Below, piece by piece: positions 24,850-38,940 of a stretch of 64,000 bases of DNA (the first letter of the stretch is position 1; the number at the start of each line of letters is the position of its first letter). The DNA is from Callorhinchus milii (lineage: Eukaryota). The DNA lies in the NCBI RefSeq assembly GCF_018977255.1, contig NW_024704743.1, forward strand, positions 15,564,001-15,628,000, written 5' to 3'. A program made the position numbers and the translations under genes. Under the pieces are notes generated by a model. That model was not told the DNA's origin and did no database searches. It worked only from the letters and a program-made list of their open reading frames with translations.

Positions 24850-27800
24850 TATACTGTAAAGTGAATTGACTGTATATTTTGTGGGTGAAATGTGGCAGCC
24901 AATTGCACTCAGCAGTATCCCACAAACAATTATGTAGGCAATGTGAATGTGATGTGGGGTTGTTCAGATGCATAGGACAGGAATTCCAACCCCTATCCCA
25001 TGCCATGAGTGGCCTGACCTTTAAATAGAGTGAATGTTTGGTGGTGGAAGTGAAATAGCATGACTGCCAGGCATTCAGGCAGTCCAGAAACATTGAAATG
25101 TTCCTTATCTCCATCCATGGTGGCTACAGCTTTTCTGTAAGCTCCGTGAAAATGGATTATTTTGGCTATGTTCAAGGAACATGGCTAATTCTAAACGTTA
25201 AAATCCAAGAAAAAAGAAGCGAAGAAATTGGACTTACTGTTTTGAATTCTACTGATCGCACTTTTGAAATACCACCCATGCCTTCAAACCCCAGCCCAGC
25301 AACAAACACACTAAGATGGTTGCTTGCTGAACCACTCAAGATGGCTGCCCAAGTACCCAGACTGACAATGAAAATAATAATCCTTACATTTGACATAGTG
25401 CCTTTCACGTCGGGAGGATGGCCCATAGTGCCTCATAAGATGTACAGTAAACTGTAGTCACTATGTGTTTTGTGGTTGAACATGGCAGTCGATTTGCATA
25501 CAGGAATATCTTACAAGCAGGCATGAAATTAGTGATCAATAATGGGAACAGCAATACCCATGTATTTAGCTGCCAGTCACCTCCTGTCTGGAAACCAATG
25601 TTCCCGTCATTGTTAGTGGCGTCTAATATTTGCATTTGATGGAAAATGTAACATTGCTACAAGCTTGTGATAGAATAAGCCAATAACTGGCACGCAAATG
25701 TGTTTGTGCAAAGTGAGGATCCTGATCGACTTGTGGTGGTGTGCTTTTCTTTTAATAGGAAATATATGTTCATAGTTTTTATTCAGAACAGTAAGCTTGC
25801 AATTTGTCATGGCCTTTGCAAGCATTTTCTTTTTTTTACAATAATAAATCTATAGTTTTTTTAAAAAATTCACTCGACTCCTCTTATGCTTCATAATTCT
25901 GGCAAGTAATATTCTTTTATTTTTACCTTTTTAAAATAACGTTTATTTGAAAATAGTTTTGCGGACGCCCTCAAGCTCTCCGGTTATGCCAGATTCCACC
26001 GGCTTCACAGATCAGCTATAGTGGCACAGCAGTGTTACTAGAAGAAATTGCTGCAGTTACAATCCGATTACAATTTACATAGTGCCTTTCGCAATGGGAG
26101 AATGACTCAAAAGTGTTTGAATTTTACAGTTTAAGTGCAGTTTACAGTGTTTGCCCATCTTGCCATTAAAATTGTTTGGGAAGGAATAGAGGTTCACAGA
26201 ATGGGTTAGAGGGAAGGGGTGGCAGGGTGTTTGGGGTTATTTTGGGTGAGCTCCAGGAATTCTACTTGGTGACTGACAGCCCAGAGCTAACTTGATTCTG
26301 TGTACTTAAACTGTTTCTGTAAGTTCAAAGCTTTGAGAAGCCATCCTTCTGGTGTGTGAGTGTGTATTTACATTCACAGAAATCCTTCTGGCTATAGATG
26401 TTCCAGAGTCCTGTTACTGGTTAGCATTAGAAATACTAAGAGAACTAATTCCCAGAGTAAAATTGATTCTACTGCTTCTCCCCATTACGCCCGCTGTCTC
26501 CCATTTAGCATGTTAGTTTCCTGACAGTAGAGTACACAGCGCTTAGCAGCTGGTTTGTGCAACCATCAGTCAGGAAATTGTATGATAAATAGCAGGTACG
26601 GGGGTTTAGTGGCATTTTGTTCTGCTTCAGCAGTTTTAGCCTGACTTTGGAAAAGTCATCATGTGGCATTTTGTCAAGGGTTACAACAGAAGATGGTAAC
26701 GGTACAGTAACTTATTACACAGACACTTGAGTTATGATGTTCTCCAGATGTATTGTTCATGTGTAAATAATAAGTCACGAGATGGATAATTATGCTGGAT
26801 CTAGTCACGCAGACCACTTCTAGCCGTACAGGTTGTCCTGAGCACACTGTGCAGCGATGATGGACTGTCTCTGTTTTGTGGCTCAAAGCTGCTGCGTGGA
26901 AACGGGGCAGAAATGAACGATTGCCGGAGGAGCCGAGTTCATTTATTTATAGTTGCATTCTGATAGTAATGAAATTCATTGGTTTTCTTCCATTTGTGAC
27001 AGGTGAAGTGCCTGTGTATGTGTTCAAGCTTGCCTTTGGGTAATTTTCTTTTCTGTGAGAATTGTTAGCGAGATGCTCGTTCAACAGATTTTTAACATCC
27101 CAAGTGCTAATGTTAAAGGGTTTGCATGTTTAAGCATTTTCTTTTTAATATATTATAAACCCTTGCCATGTTGCGGTACTTGGCAAATCAGATTCCTCTG
27201 TTCTGATCTCAAGAGAGACCGTATATAACCATGAATTGCATAGTCGAAGGTAGAGCCCATCTCAATGGTGGTTTGCACTTGGGTCCAGTTCAGAACTCTT
27301 GACAACATGTGCCCTTCACATGCAGACTCCATTCTTTCACTGAACCAATGTTTGACCTGAGATTATTTTCAGCGACTGTTCTGCAGACCTAGATTGTGAG
27401 AAGGGGGGATGATGGGATGTGCGTCAGGAAAACCAGCCCTGTCCCTGTACACAGGTCTAATGCTATTTGCTGTCCAACTTCTTCATGGTGGAGCTTATGT
27501 GGGTGAATGCCAGCCCTTTTTGTTGTTGGTTCTTTGTTCTCAGTGTCCTTTCTAAGCTCCAATTCTAACGCCTGGAGTATTTTCCCTCACCAGAGCTCAG
27601 TGAGACTAGAAGTACAATTGTGAATATCTAGCAAAGAAATGTAGAGGATGCTTTACTGTTTGTTTTGATGACGGCCCACCATTGTGCGTCTCAAAGCAGC
27701 GTGAGAGCTTGCACCACCGCTGGTTACAATTCGGTGCTGGACTCTTTCATGTGCTGTCACTTGATGCTCTTCTAAGCTACCGCACTGAATACTGGATGGA

Positions 27801-28064
27801 AAGAAGTACAAACTATTTGGTTTTTATACTGCCGGCAGCAGCCAAACAGCTCAAAGAACTGCACAGTAATTACTGTCACTTGTAGAGACATTTTTTAATA
27901 GGGGAACACGGCAATGTTGAGTCCAGCAAAGTCACACAAAGTAGTCACGAGGCAATTAATCGAGAACAGGGATGGGCCAACTTGCAAATCCCATGCATAA
28001 AATCATCACCCTGTGGGCTGTAAATTGTCCATCCCTGATCTAGAGTTGGGTGGTACACTGCGAG

Positions 28065-28190
28065 AATGCCCTTCTCGTTTTGAATAGTGTCATGTGATCT
28101 TTAATAACCTTGGTTTAACGTCCCATTCTAAAGACGACATTTCTAGCAATGCAGCACTCTTCCATTTCTGTGTTGGAATGTCAGCCAAGA
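28065..28190 (-). mobile_element. Old long Deu-type SINE central fragment
   Basis: gaatagtgtcatgtgatcttt…ggtttaacgtcccattctaaagacgac…gcagcactc…ggaatgtcagcc. Confidence 0.65.
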
Positions 28191-29360
28191 CAAGGACAGT
28201 GTCCTGATGTGGCCATAGTACTATGCAGCATTCATCATTGCCTAATTGGCCTGTGCTCATTCTTGCTTTGGCTGATTTCACTGTCATTCTCAAGGATTGT
28301 TTGCTGGATTCAAAAAAAACTATCCCGCGTTCAACCTTCACCATCAACACCTCATCACACAAAGAAAAATACAACTTATGAAACTCAGGTTGGAAGTTCC
28401 TCACTTGTAAGTCAGAAGATTCAGTGATTTTTCACGTTGATGACTCAGTGTTTGAAAGATGTATTTGGGTTGCAGGCTCACTCCATTGCTTTGAATAAGA
28501 GAGTATCGTGAAGGAGATGTAGTGTCCAAGTCAGTTTTCAACCAATTTTACGGCCCTAAAAGAGCGAACATTTGTTCTTTTATTCTGGAAACTCACCTTA
28601 GTTCAGTAGCTTGCAGGGGTAAGGCTGCAGATCTCTATTGACGGCCCTGTACTCTAGTGGTATTTCACTGAGTGTACAACACAGGTCAAGGGAGGGACTC
28701 TATCTGATGCTGTATTCTGTGATTTGTGCTATTTTATGCAACTTGTGTTATAACGATAAAAATCCTTGCATTTGATAGAGCGCCTTATCACATCATTGAG
28801 ATATCACAAAGTGCTTCACAGAAAATACTGTAAAGTGAATTGGCTGTGTATTTTGTGGGCAAAATGCCTCAACATGCTTCACAGGTAATTATTGCTGGGT
28901 GAAGCACCTCTCTTTTGTTGAAAATCAGGGTGACCATTTGCACCAGCAAGATAAACAAATGGCAATGGGTTACTCTGGAGGTTTGTTGGAGGGACATGGG
29001 CCTGACTGTTTACAGCTGTGCCACTATTGAAAGCATTTTGTGAAATTAATCTGAAATACACTGCCCCTGGCAGAATCATGGTATGTAGAGGTTTTGTTAA
29101 AGTAAAACAAATGTAGGCTTGTGTTACTCCTCCAAATACACTCACCGAAGGTGCACCGGTAACTTCTCTCCAATATACTTTGGATCAAAGTCTGAGCCCA
29201 TGGTACAGAATCTATTAGTTTGTCAGCGCTGCTCTGCTTTTTACAGATCACCTGTGGATCTATTGCGTAGAAAGGCACCATCAAAGGTGCACATACAATG
29301 ATGAAGCAGTTTGAGATTTGCCTCTAACTTTCTTGCCTTGCATTTTCTTTCATTTTACAG

Positions 29361-29466
29361 CACCACACCCGCTTTTCCCGTCCTTCCACCCGCCTGTTCC
29401 AATCGATGTCCGACATCACGAGGGACGTTACCATTATGACCCCTCTCCCATCGCACCGCTACACGT
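29361..29466 (+). CDS. GLI3: GLI3 coding exon (equivalent to human exon 4), 106 nt, phase 1 to 2
   Basis: Acceptor cattttctttcattttacag| and donor |gtgagt. Translates [35 protein letters not shown](V), compared with recalled human GLI3 [36 protein letters not shown]. Confidence 0.95.
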
Positions 29467-29704
29467 GTGAGTATCACCTGCACCAGAGCCTCTGTGTCTT
29501 GGATAACCTTGTTGCAGTACGAACTGCAGAAAAGTTTGTGGTATTATCGTTAAAGAGGGAATGTCAGCGTCACTTTGAAATCAAACCGAGAATTAGCATT
29601 TGTATCAAATTATTAAAAAAAAGTTAAATTAAAAAAATGTTATATATAATATATATAATGTGTGTGTTGTGAGTATGTGTGTGTATTATATATAATATAC
29701 TGCA

Positions 29705-29835
29705 TATAGGTAAGGAGATCAATTAATAGAGGACAAGACGGGTATTTGGAGTTGAGATACAGATGAGCCATGATCTAATAGAATGGCGAAACAGGCTTGA
29801 GGGGCTGAATGGCCTATTCCTGTACCTATGTTCCT
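29705..29835 (+). mobile_element. CR1 3' UTR end
   Basis: agatgagccatgatctaatagaatggcgaaacaggcttgaggggctgaatggcctattcctgtacctatgttcct, similar to the reverse complement of 53881-53950. Confidence 0.85.
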
Positions 29836-30839
29836 AAAACACACAACTAACCTTTTTGGAGGAACTGGCTGAAAAGCCACTTTCTGATCCAGGCGGAGTG
29901 TGAATTCACATCAACAAAAATGCATGTGGGCAATGAGATTTTCGGCACCTTAGTGCTCTGTGATCAGCAGCCGAGCCCACACACCAGGTCCTGCTCCACA
30001 AGCCTGGGGCTCAGTGCCCCTGTTTTAATTGGGACCGGCTCGGTAGTGATGGCAACGGCAGTACGCTTTTTGGAGCCTATGTTAAGAGCAATCTGAAGCA
30101 GTTCAAGCATTTATTTAATTAATTACTCTCTCACATTCATGCCCACCTCTCTCACTCACTTGCACGCTCTGTCCCACACACCTCACACACTTCACCACAT
30201 GCTCACAAGTACACAGAAATGATCAAGTTGATCAGAAACTATCAAATAGAATACTGTCTTGGAGCACTTGGACTCCTAATTGTGCTAAGGCTCTGTCCCT
30301 CCCCTTAACTCTTGAGTTTCTAAACTTTAATTGTACGTATATTGAGGGTCCGACACGATCAGGATCAGTAGCTCGCTTGAAAATCAAATTGATGATGACA
30401 GTCAATTCTCAATAGTTTGTTACAGCATTGAGTTTTATACATGGTAAATACAGCGAAAACATGGTTTCCCCAGGACATTGTGCAAATGCAAGAACTGTGG
30501 GCGCTTTATTCTTTCTTCACATTCTTTAAACAGTCTTATATACTCCTTTTTCTGTTTCATATAAAATTTTATTTGAATTTACTCAATTAACTGGAAGCAT
30601 GTCTGAATAGCAGTTCTGAATATGACTAAAAGTGCACAATGGTCAGTCAGGAATATGTAGCTCTTAAATTTTGTACTAGAAGGAGAGGGGGTGAATGTTG
30701 CTTTCAGTATGGAGAGAGTTGTCAGTGCTGGGAATTGAAATGTCTTCTACTTGCCGTCGGTATTGCACTGTCGAGTAAAGGGAGAGGCAAAGTACATTTC
30801 CTTTTCCCTGCCTCAGCAATGTACTCAACAAAGCATTGA

Positions 30840-31050
30840 AGAAAGGCATTCGGCTCACAACCCTCTACACGTCTTGGCTTCCCCACTCCACCAGAATTGC
30901 CCACTCTAATCTCAATTCCCTGTACTTCTTCAATTGCTTTTTTAGCATTGTTACGGTCTCAACTTCCATGATCACTTTTGGCAAACCATTCTGTGTCCTA
31001 ACAACCTTCAGAAGAGCACCTCTCTCCTCCCACATTTTGGTATGCAGTTT
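30840..31050 (-). mobile_element. Decayed CR1 3' fragment
   Basis: Reverse ORF remnant KVVRTQNGLPKVIMEVETVTMLKKQLKKY and a 3' end aaggcattcggctca. Confidence 0.6.
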
Positions 31051-31365
31051 TGTTTTCCAAAACATTCAATCTCTCAGGCTTCCTGAGTGAAATTGACAGT
31101 TTAATGGCATTTAGTACTGAAATTGTGGCAATTTGTAGACTTTTGTCCACTAATACCTGGATTGAGTCTGTCCATACTCACTTCATGTGTATGCTTTTGT
31201 TTTCAGCCCATCAGCCTGGGTTTAATTCAAACAAGGTCCCAGAGGACTATTCAATCCCTTGAAACAGATTCTTGAGCTCTGTAAGGTATAACTGATCATG
31301 CCATAAGGAACGACTATTGAGCAATGCAAGTTACAGCTTCCAGAACAACTCATAAACTTTCTGTT

Positions 31366-31664
31366 TGTGGAGTCCTGTAGCTCAGTGGTTAGAGACCTGT
31401 GTTCAATTCCAGGCAGGGCGAAATCTTGGGCAAGTTTCCTTACTCCACACGCCTAATAATAATACCTCCAAAACCAAAAACAATAATAAATTGGTCATTT
31501 TCAATCTACGACTCTTTGTGGGACATTGCTGTGCGAAATTGGCTGCCGTGTTCGCCCACAAATATACAGTCAATTCACTTTACAGTGTGTTCTGTGAAGC
31601 GCTTTGGGACGTCCTCCCGACGTGAAAAGCGCTATATCAAATGCAAGGATTATTATTATTATTA
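31366..31664 (+). mobile_element. Young tRNA-Ala SINE (short subfamily) lacking the anticodon arm
   Basis: Near-identical to the reverse complement of 63234-63558, except for loss of about 21 nt of the tRNA head and about 8 substitutions (counted by eye). Confidence 0.95.
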
Positions 31665-32651
31665 CTTTAAACTCTTGTGTAATACGTTGACATGCTCCCT
31701 CTTGTACTACTTAGGTTTACCCTGTTCTCTTTCTGAGGGTATATTATCACCAGGAGTTGTGTTGTATTCGAACACCTTTGCCTCATTAATTGGAGACACT
31801 TCTGTCAGCTTATGAAATATAGGTCACTTTATCAGAAGCTGCCCACTTTGTTAAAGAGTGAAGAAAATCCACTGTTAAAAGGGACAAATTGCCCTTCCCT
31901 CTCAAGATAGTTGTTGAATCCTGTGGTACAATAAGAATTGGGGGATGAGAGGAAATGCCCATAACATGTAATTCATTTTTCACATTTATAAAACTAACTG
32001 TTAAAACAATGAAAGTCTACTGTAACTCTGGATAATCTGTGATTATCATACTTTCAGCTTTTTCTTATATTAGGAGTGTTGCAAATAGTTGTACCACTGT
32101 GGCCGAGCCACATTCTTAAAATAACATCCCATTCAGGAATATAAGATGTTAGGAGCTAATCAGAAGAAGTGGAAATGCTACTGAGCTGGTTGAAAGATGA
32201 TTACATGAGAGATTTTACTAAGGTTGCATTATGTTTGATATTTGTCATCATTATCGTTGATGTTGTTTTGTAAAGCCAGAGTCTCTTCTTAAGCAGCACT
32301 ATTACCTATAATGAAAATTTTATGCTGCATTTCCACAGTCTCCGCTGTCTGCATAAACAAGCACTGTGTGATTGATGGGGATGTCATCTTAACAAACTAA
32401 CAAATGTAATACAGCAATGGGCTTAGAAGAAGATAATAGAAAAGTGAACCAGAGTGCATTAGATAGGTAATACAAGGTACATTGAAGCTCGAGACAGAGG
32501 AAGATAAATTTACTATAACTGGACTTTGAATAACAAAGATTTATTTCTACTGTACAAAATGTCAGTACTTAAACATATACTTCAATGCATAGATTTTTAT
32601 GGTAACTGATATTAATTGTGTTTATTGAGAAGCTGTATTGCGGATTCTGAG

Positions 32652-32677
32652 ATGATTGATTGATTGATTGATTGATT
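32652..32677 (+). repeat. (GATT)n microsatellite
   Basis: tgattgattgattgattgattgattg. Confidence 0.9.
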
Positions 32678-35600
32678 GTAATCGATTTAAAAATTGTCGA
32701 TTGATCTGTAATTGGGCCAGTCCATGCACACATTCCATCCACTCACCCAGAGAGTCCCCTCTGCAGAAGACTGGTGAGTGCCGCTGTGATAATGGCATGG
32801 TTGCCAAAATACATTTTCCATTGCTAGCTGAGCAACCAACATGCGCTGCATTGGATTAGGAAAGGGGTGTGTAGTGTAGGAGCTGCGTTCTGTTTCCCAT
32901 AGTTAACGCTCCGTTGTGCAAGACACTGAATCCACGGGTAATGTGGAAGCTTGACATTTATAATTGAATCCATCAGAATATTGAATCATTATTCCCCCCA
33001 AAAACCACAAGCATATTTGATTTGGAGAACGCTGCACTCACACTGAATTCCATGTCGCCACCCTAAAATACTATTTGGTTGGCAAGTTTTGTTTAATCTT
33101 CGACTTTCTAAGGTATTGAAGTCTTCACTGAACTGCATCTTCACGCGTATAATCTCAAGCCATTCCTTTCGCTATAAAGCAGCACTTCCAACCTGGATGT
33201 GGGTTTATGCAATCCTAGAGGGGCTTTTTATCAAATCTATGTCCGGTGAAAGAATTAAAGAAACATTACTGTAAGCGTCAGGACAGCAGTTCTCTGATAG
33301 TGGCATTTAAATCTCTCCAGTGGGAAGTGTTACCATCAACATTTAATCATCTTTTTAAATCCAGCATCATTTATAAGGATGATCGAGCATCCTTATTTAC
33401 CAGAAAATCACCTTTAATGCTGTGGGAAATGATTCATGTTATTCAGATGGCACACTTTGTACCCGTGGCAATCAGTTACACTGCAGTAATTATATGGACT
33501 CAGAAGAAAAAATGAAATTGTTTTAAAGCAAGTCCTCCTCAGTGAAGTAATAATTTTTAACACACTTAACGAAGAGCCTAAATTCATGCCTAATATTTTA
33601 CAAATACTTTTCAGATCAGTCTCCTATTACTGACTTGTAATTAGAATGAGAGTTTGCCTGGAGCTAGGTAATAAATCTAGTACAATCTCTATGTACATTA
33701 CAGAGAAATGAGGGTAGTTGTGTACTAAGCTCTAGGAAATCTGTGAGCAGGTTTTGCCACTGTCTGCATGGGCATCTCTAATGTTGCATCTTGAGGTCAT
33801 TTTCTGCTGTTAAAGAATTCATCTGAAAGGGTTTACATGAGGCTGACTAATCCAGATAAAACCACATCTATTAGTGTATCAACAATATGGAACAGAATTA
33901 AATTAAAAGCTTGTAAAATGAAATATGTTTCGTATTAGCCACTTGACACTTAATTTGCCTCTGAATAAGGAAGGAAATCGCAAATTAACCTGCCTGTGTT
34001 TTTGCTAGGCAGGGCTTATTAGAGTTAATAATAACTGCAATTATCTCTGTGATAATATTAACCTATATGTGTATGAATATGTACTCAAGTGTGGCACCTC
34101 TGATGCATTTACGAGTCAAGTTTAACCATCACAGTGTGCTTTTGGTTCATTAAGCAGAATTGCACACGTGCACACCAATGAAAAACAGTGCTGTATAGCA
34201 GAAGGGGTTGTAGTTATGTAAAGGCTTTGAACTTTAAATATTTAACAAACATGTGTTTGCTTAAATTTCATTTTCTGTTTTTGTTTCTCATATATGTCAT
34301 ATGTAAAAGAACGAAGGGATAAAAACTTCAAATTGTTTTCAGTATCTCAGAGGAGGAGAACCAGCCTGCATATTCTCCATTCACTAAACCATACCAAGTA
34401 TAGATTTTCCTTTTAGGATTCAATCTCCCAGGCATCTGCAGTGTATTGTAATGCATTTTGCTGATGGCTCCGTGGGACTGAGTGTGTGCATTGTCAGATT
34501 CAACAATAGTGGTGAAAGGGAGCAGTAGTTTAGTTTTCCTGAGCTTTTCTCCGAGGTACTTTTGGAAATGCAGCCTTTGGTTTGCTCGGTGGCAAAACCT
34601 TATTGATGATTTATTAGGCTGAATTTTTTTAATTATAACATACTTTGAGCTTCCAAAAGACAGGCATGCAAACAGTGCAACCACTCACTCTCCTAATCTA
34701 GGGTCTGATAAAGTATTAAAAGATGAGGATCGAGTATAAGTAAATCTGCAAAAAATTTTGAACAAACAGGATTGTAAATTGGGCATCATGGTGCTTTAAA
34801 AAAATTCGAAGGGACCACAGTAATTACTGTGTGGACACTGATTGAAACCTCTAGTTCTGTCATCAATAATAGCCAAAGAAGCCGTGACTATAAATAGCTT
34901 GTGTTAGTAGAAATGTGCAGCGGCTCCATGGACTAAATTCCTAAGTTGTTTGTGCTGCAGTCAGCAGTATTAGTTGAGTGAGCAGATATTGACTGAAACA
35001 TTCACATTCAGTGAACCAGAATTAAGCTCGCTCTATAGAGGCCACCATTAAACCTGTTGCTGTAGACTGCGAGGAAGTGGACTGTGACAGGTTTCTCAAA
35101 ACACAATGCCCCAACTGAGTTTTTAAAGGAAGACGTTTTCCAGCAGAGCAGTGCAGAGAGAAAATCTATTGTGTTGCTTTCATAGATTGTGGTATGTGAA
35201 GGAGAAACCCTTCCAACTTTGCTCAGCTGAACTTTGCTTTCCAAATTGCCAGAGTGTGGTTTGGATAAACCCACTTCCACTTTACCCGCAGCTGCAGGAG
35301 GTTTTACGAGGTGATTTCAAACACGGCGTCGTTAAATCTCTCAAAGCAAAGAGTGTGGCTGGTATCTGTGTGGTTGAGCCTTCCCGGTCGCCGTGACTTC
35401 CCAGATGTCCGCAGGCTCTTTAGTTTCACGTGTGCACCGTAAAGGGAAAGAAATGGAACGACCTGAGCTGCCTAATTCTTTATAAGCTACAAAAGATGAC
35501 AATTTCTTAGCAATGTATCACTTTCTGTAGGATGTTTGTTCATTTACTTTTTCGGACCAATATTCGGGCAGTGCAATCAGAAATGAGAAGAAATAGGTGC

Positions 35601-37231
35601 AATCAAACTGATCACTAAACTGTGAGACTTTCATCACAAACAACACCACTTATTTGTGGGTTTAAATGGAGGATCGTTTAAATGTCTGCAGCTGCTTTAC
35701 CTCTTCGGCAGATACAGAACAAATGTTGTTTAGAGATTTCTTTCAGAGAAACTTTAGCAGTCTCTATCCCCCTTCTCCTTTAACCCCCCTTCCCTTGCTC
35801 CCACCCTACAGCGTTATTTCGTTATATATTTGTGCAACACACAAGCAAAGATTTGATAGTGATGTCTGGTACAGTAGTTCCGTTTTGACCAACAAGACCA
35901 GGGCAAGATTAAAATTAAAAGTCGGCAGCCTCCCATTGAAACAATTTTAGGTTTTGTGAGAGGTTTAGTATAAATTTGATACTTTTAAAGAACAAAGTTT
36001 TTTTTTTGTGTGTGCTTTTTTTAAATAAAAGGCTTTGTGTTGGCCGTTCACGTCACAGAGCTGACATTGAAGGGCATGTTCATTTGTTGTAATTTGAGCG
36101 TTTCCAGAGTCTCAGCCAGAATACAGCATAGCATGCCTTCTGTGTTGGTTTTGAAGGAATGCTGAAGGGTGGAAGAGAAGGTACCATTTGTTGGACGTTT
36201 TACTGTATCTTGACTGGGGATGAACAAAAGATCTGGATTCAACAGACCTGGCTCAGGGTCATCAACATTTAGAATAACGTCTGCCCATTCCTATGGGCAG
36301 CTATGTTACAGTTTATGCAAAGTGGGTTTTGAAAAGGAATTAAGACTTCTGTCTCTACCTCAGGGTGACAACTTCAGTTCAAATCAAGGAGGCAGGGGAA
36401 TCACCTTAAAAAAACTAAATAACGTTACTTGTGCAGTGTAAAACTTGCCAGATATATAAAGAATGCAAGCAGCATGTTTGAGAAGAGTTCCGTCAGATCT
36501 GAACCACTTGCTTATCCATAGTTGTAAATCTGTCGTTAAACCCAGACGCTCTGATCTGAGCAGGTACTTGATACTATATAAGGAAATCTTTACCACTGCG
36601 CAATTTCTGATTCATTCAGTACAGTACTTAGGATCATAGCAAGTTTACAGAATAGAAAGGGGCCTTTTGACTCATTTAGTCTGTGCTGGTGCTAGCTCCC
36701 TCACACTAATCACTTTGCCCTGTTCTTTCCTCTAGAGGGCACAGGTGAACTGAACCCTAAATAAATCTAGAACAAGGGGACACAGACTCTAGCTCAGAAG
36801 AGGGAAAAATAATAGACCATTTCAATTTAATTACTTTACACATGGGTGAATATAGTACAACCTCCATTTGGGTATGCAGGAGTGGTGATCCAATAACCTG
36901 AATGTCAGCCATCTTGTCTTCCTGCACACCCAGCTGTAAAACTAATAATCCTTACATTTGGTATAGCGCCTTTCATGTTGGGAGAATGTTCCACAGCACT
37001 TCACAGGATTTACTGTAAAGTGGGATGGCTGTGTCTTTTGTTATAACGCTGGTTGGGATTTTATTACTGCAGTATAATGGGGCTCTACACTGTGTGGAAT
37101 CAGCTGCTCAGGGATCTGGTGAAAGCAGATTATTTGTGCAAGCAAATTCCAGAGTGAATTGGATACCTATTTGGAGAGGAATTCAAATCAGGGTTATGAA
37201 GGACTAGAGTATTGTTGGATTATTTAATTAT

Positions 37232-37598
37232 TGTAGTCCTGTAGTGTAGTGGTTAGCGCGCTCACCTCGCAAGCGATAGAACCCAGGTTTGATTCCCGGG
37301 CAGGGCAAATCCTTAGGCAAGTTTCCTTACTCCATACACCTCTGTTTACCTCGCAGTAAGTAGGAACCCATTGTTCAAAAATTGGGAATAGCTTTTTGGA
37401 GACAATAATTACCCCCACTCCAAACAAAAATTTGATCACTCACTTCGTGACTGTTTGTGGGACACTGCTTGCACAATTGGCTGCCGCATTTCACCCACAA
37501 AATGCAGTCAATACACTTTGCAATATATTCTGTGAAGCGCTTTGAGATGTCTCAACAATGTGATAAGGTGCTATGTCAAATGCAAGGACTATTATTAT
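37232..37598 (+). mobile_element. Full-length tRNA-Ala SINE (long subfamily)
   Basis: gtcctgtagtgtagtggttagcgcgctcacctcgcaagcga…ctctgtttacctcgcagtaagtaggaaccc…gtgctatgtcaaatgcaaggactattatt. Confidence 0.9.
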
Positions 37599-38209
37599 TT
37601 TAATTTATTTTAGGATTTGAACAGAAGGGTCACATTGTTTTTCCCCAGTGCTCTTAAATTTTCGTACCCTCCAATATTAACTTTTTTGCTTAGAAGATTC
37701 CTTTTAAAATGTTCTACTCTGATACAACAATCATTTGCAATAAGATATTCCTGTTTCTAAGTCCCTCTTTGTAAAACAAAGGTTTTCTGACTGCCCTTCT
37801 TTCTCTTCTAATCCTCAGTGTTTGCCCTCTTGTTACTGATCTGCCCGCCATTCAATGGAAACACTTATAGTTTTGAAAACAACTCCCGCATTCCCCCTTA
37901 ACCTTCTCTTACAATTGTATAATAATTCAAGCACTCCGAGGCACTACCCCACTTGAATGGCATTATACAAATGCAAGTTCCTGTTGTCTGAATTTTGAAT
38001 GTTATTTTTTCATTCTTACTTAATAGAGCATCTGTGTGCATCTCTCTCTTTATCTTTTCCCCTTTTTTTTGATGTGCCGACCCGGTTTATTCTGAATCAC
38101 TTTTCCCACTTTTGTAATACTATACTATCACTCAGTCATTTGAGGCTTGATATTCTTTAATCTTCCAAATAGCAATCTAATCTCTGTACATCTGTACAGC
38201 TGAGACAGC

Positions 38210-38940
38210 AGCAACAACAAGGACTTGTATTGATACAGCACCCTTCATGTGGGATAATGTCCCAGAGCATCCCACAGTGACGGGGTTGAATGCCGAGAAG
38301 GGTGAGGGGGAGGTGACTATAAGTGCAGTCAAAGGGGATTTAAGGCAGGATTTAAAGGCCGATAAGAGAGGGGGTTAGGCGGAGGGGTAAAGGAAGGGAA
38401 TTCCAGAGGCGAGGGGTGTAGTCACAGCAACAGATGAGTGAAGTTGAAATAGCGAAGATGCCAACATTATATTAAAACATTTTAAATTCCCGACTGCCTG
38501 TCTATCTGTGCGTTTATGTTCAAGCAACTGCTACCTGCCATCATTCAGGCTGCTTCCTTCATCCTCCTGTAATGTAACAACAACAAAAAATCACATTTAT
38601 ATAGCGCCTTTCATGTCGGGAGGACGTCCCAAGGCGGTGGACAGTCAGGGATTTGGACTCGAGCAGGGTTTTGGATCAGGAGGGGTGGAGGGCAGGTAGG
38701 GGTAGGTGGGTGACCGACGACATGGTCGAAGAGGAGGGTCTTGAAGGAGGCAAGGGAGGGAGCAAAGCGAAGGGATTGTGGGATGGAGTTCCAAAGGGTG
38801 CATGCAGAGAGGCTGAAGGCCCGAGCGCCAATGGTGAGGCAGGCTGGGAGGGGGACATGGAGCAGGCTGCTGAGCAGAGGGAGCGGACAGGTTGATGTAG
38901 CGTTAGCAGGTCACAGAGGTAGGAAGGAGCAATGCCGTGG
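38210..38940 (-). mobile_element. Two L2 3' fragments (about 38210-38430 and 38576-38940)
   Basis: Each begins with a (caa)n tail plus atagcgcctttcatgtcgggaggacgtcccaaggcg or an older variant. HGIAPSYLCDLL remnant. Confidence 0.85.

Noticed and set aside
28047..28055. GLI-binding-like site TGGGTGGTA (autoregulation)
   Set aside because: One mismatch to TGGGTGGTC, isolated, and at the edge of a decayed SINE. No perfect GLI site was noticed by eye.
29406..29627. [11 protein letters not shown]… overlapping exon 4
   Set aside because: Wrong frame; the GLI3 peptide is in another frame bounded by splice sites.
32652..32677. Tandem PBX sites (TGATTGAT)
   Set aside because: Better explained as a simple (GATT)n microsatellite.
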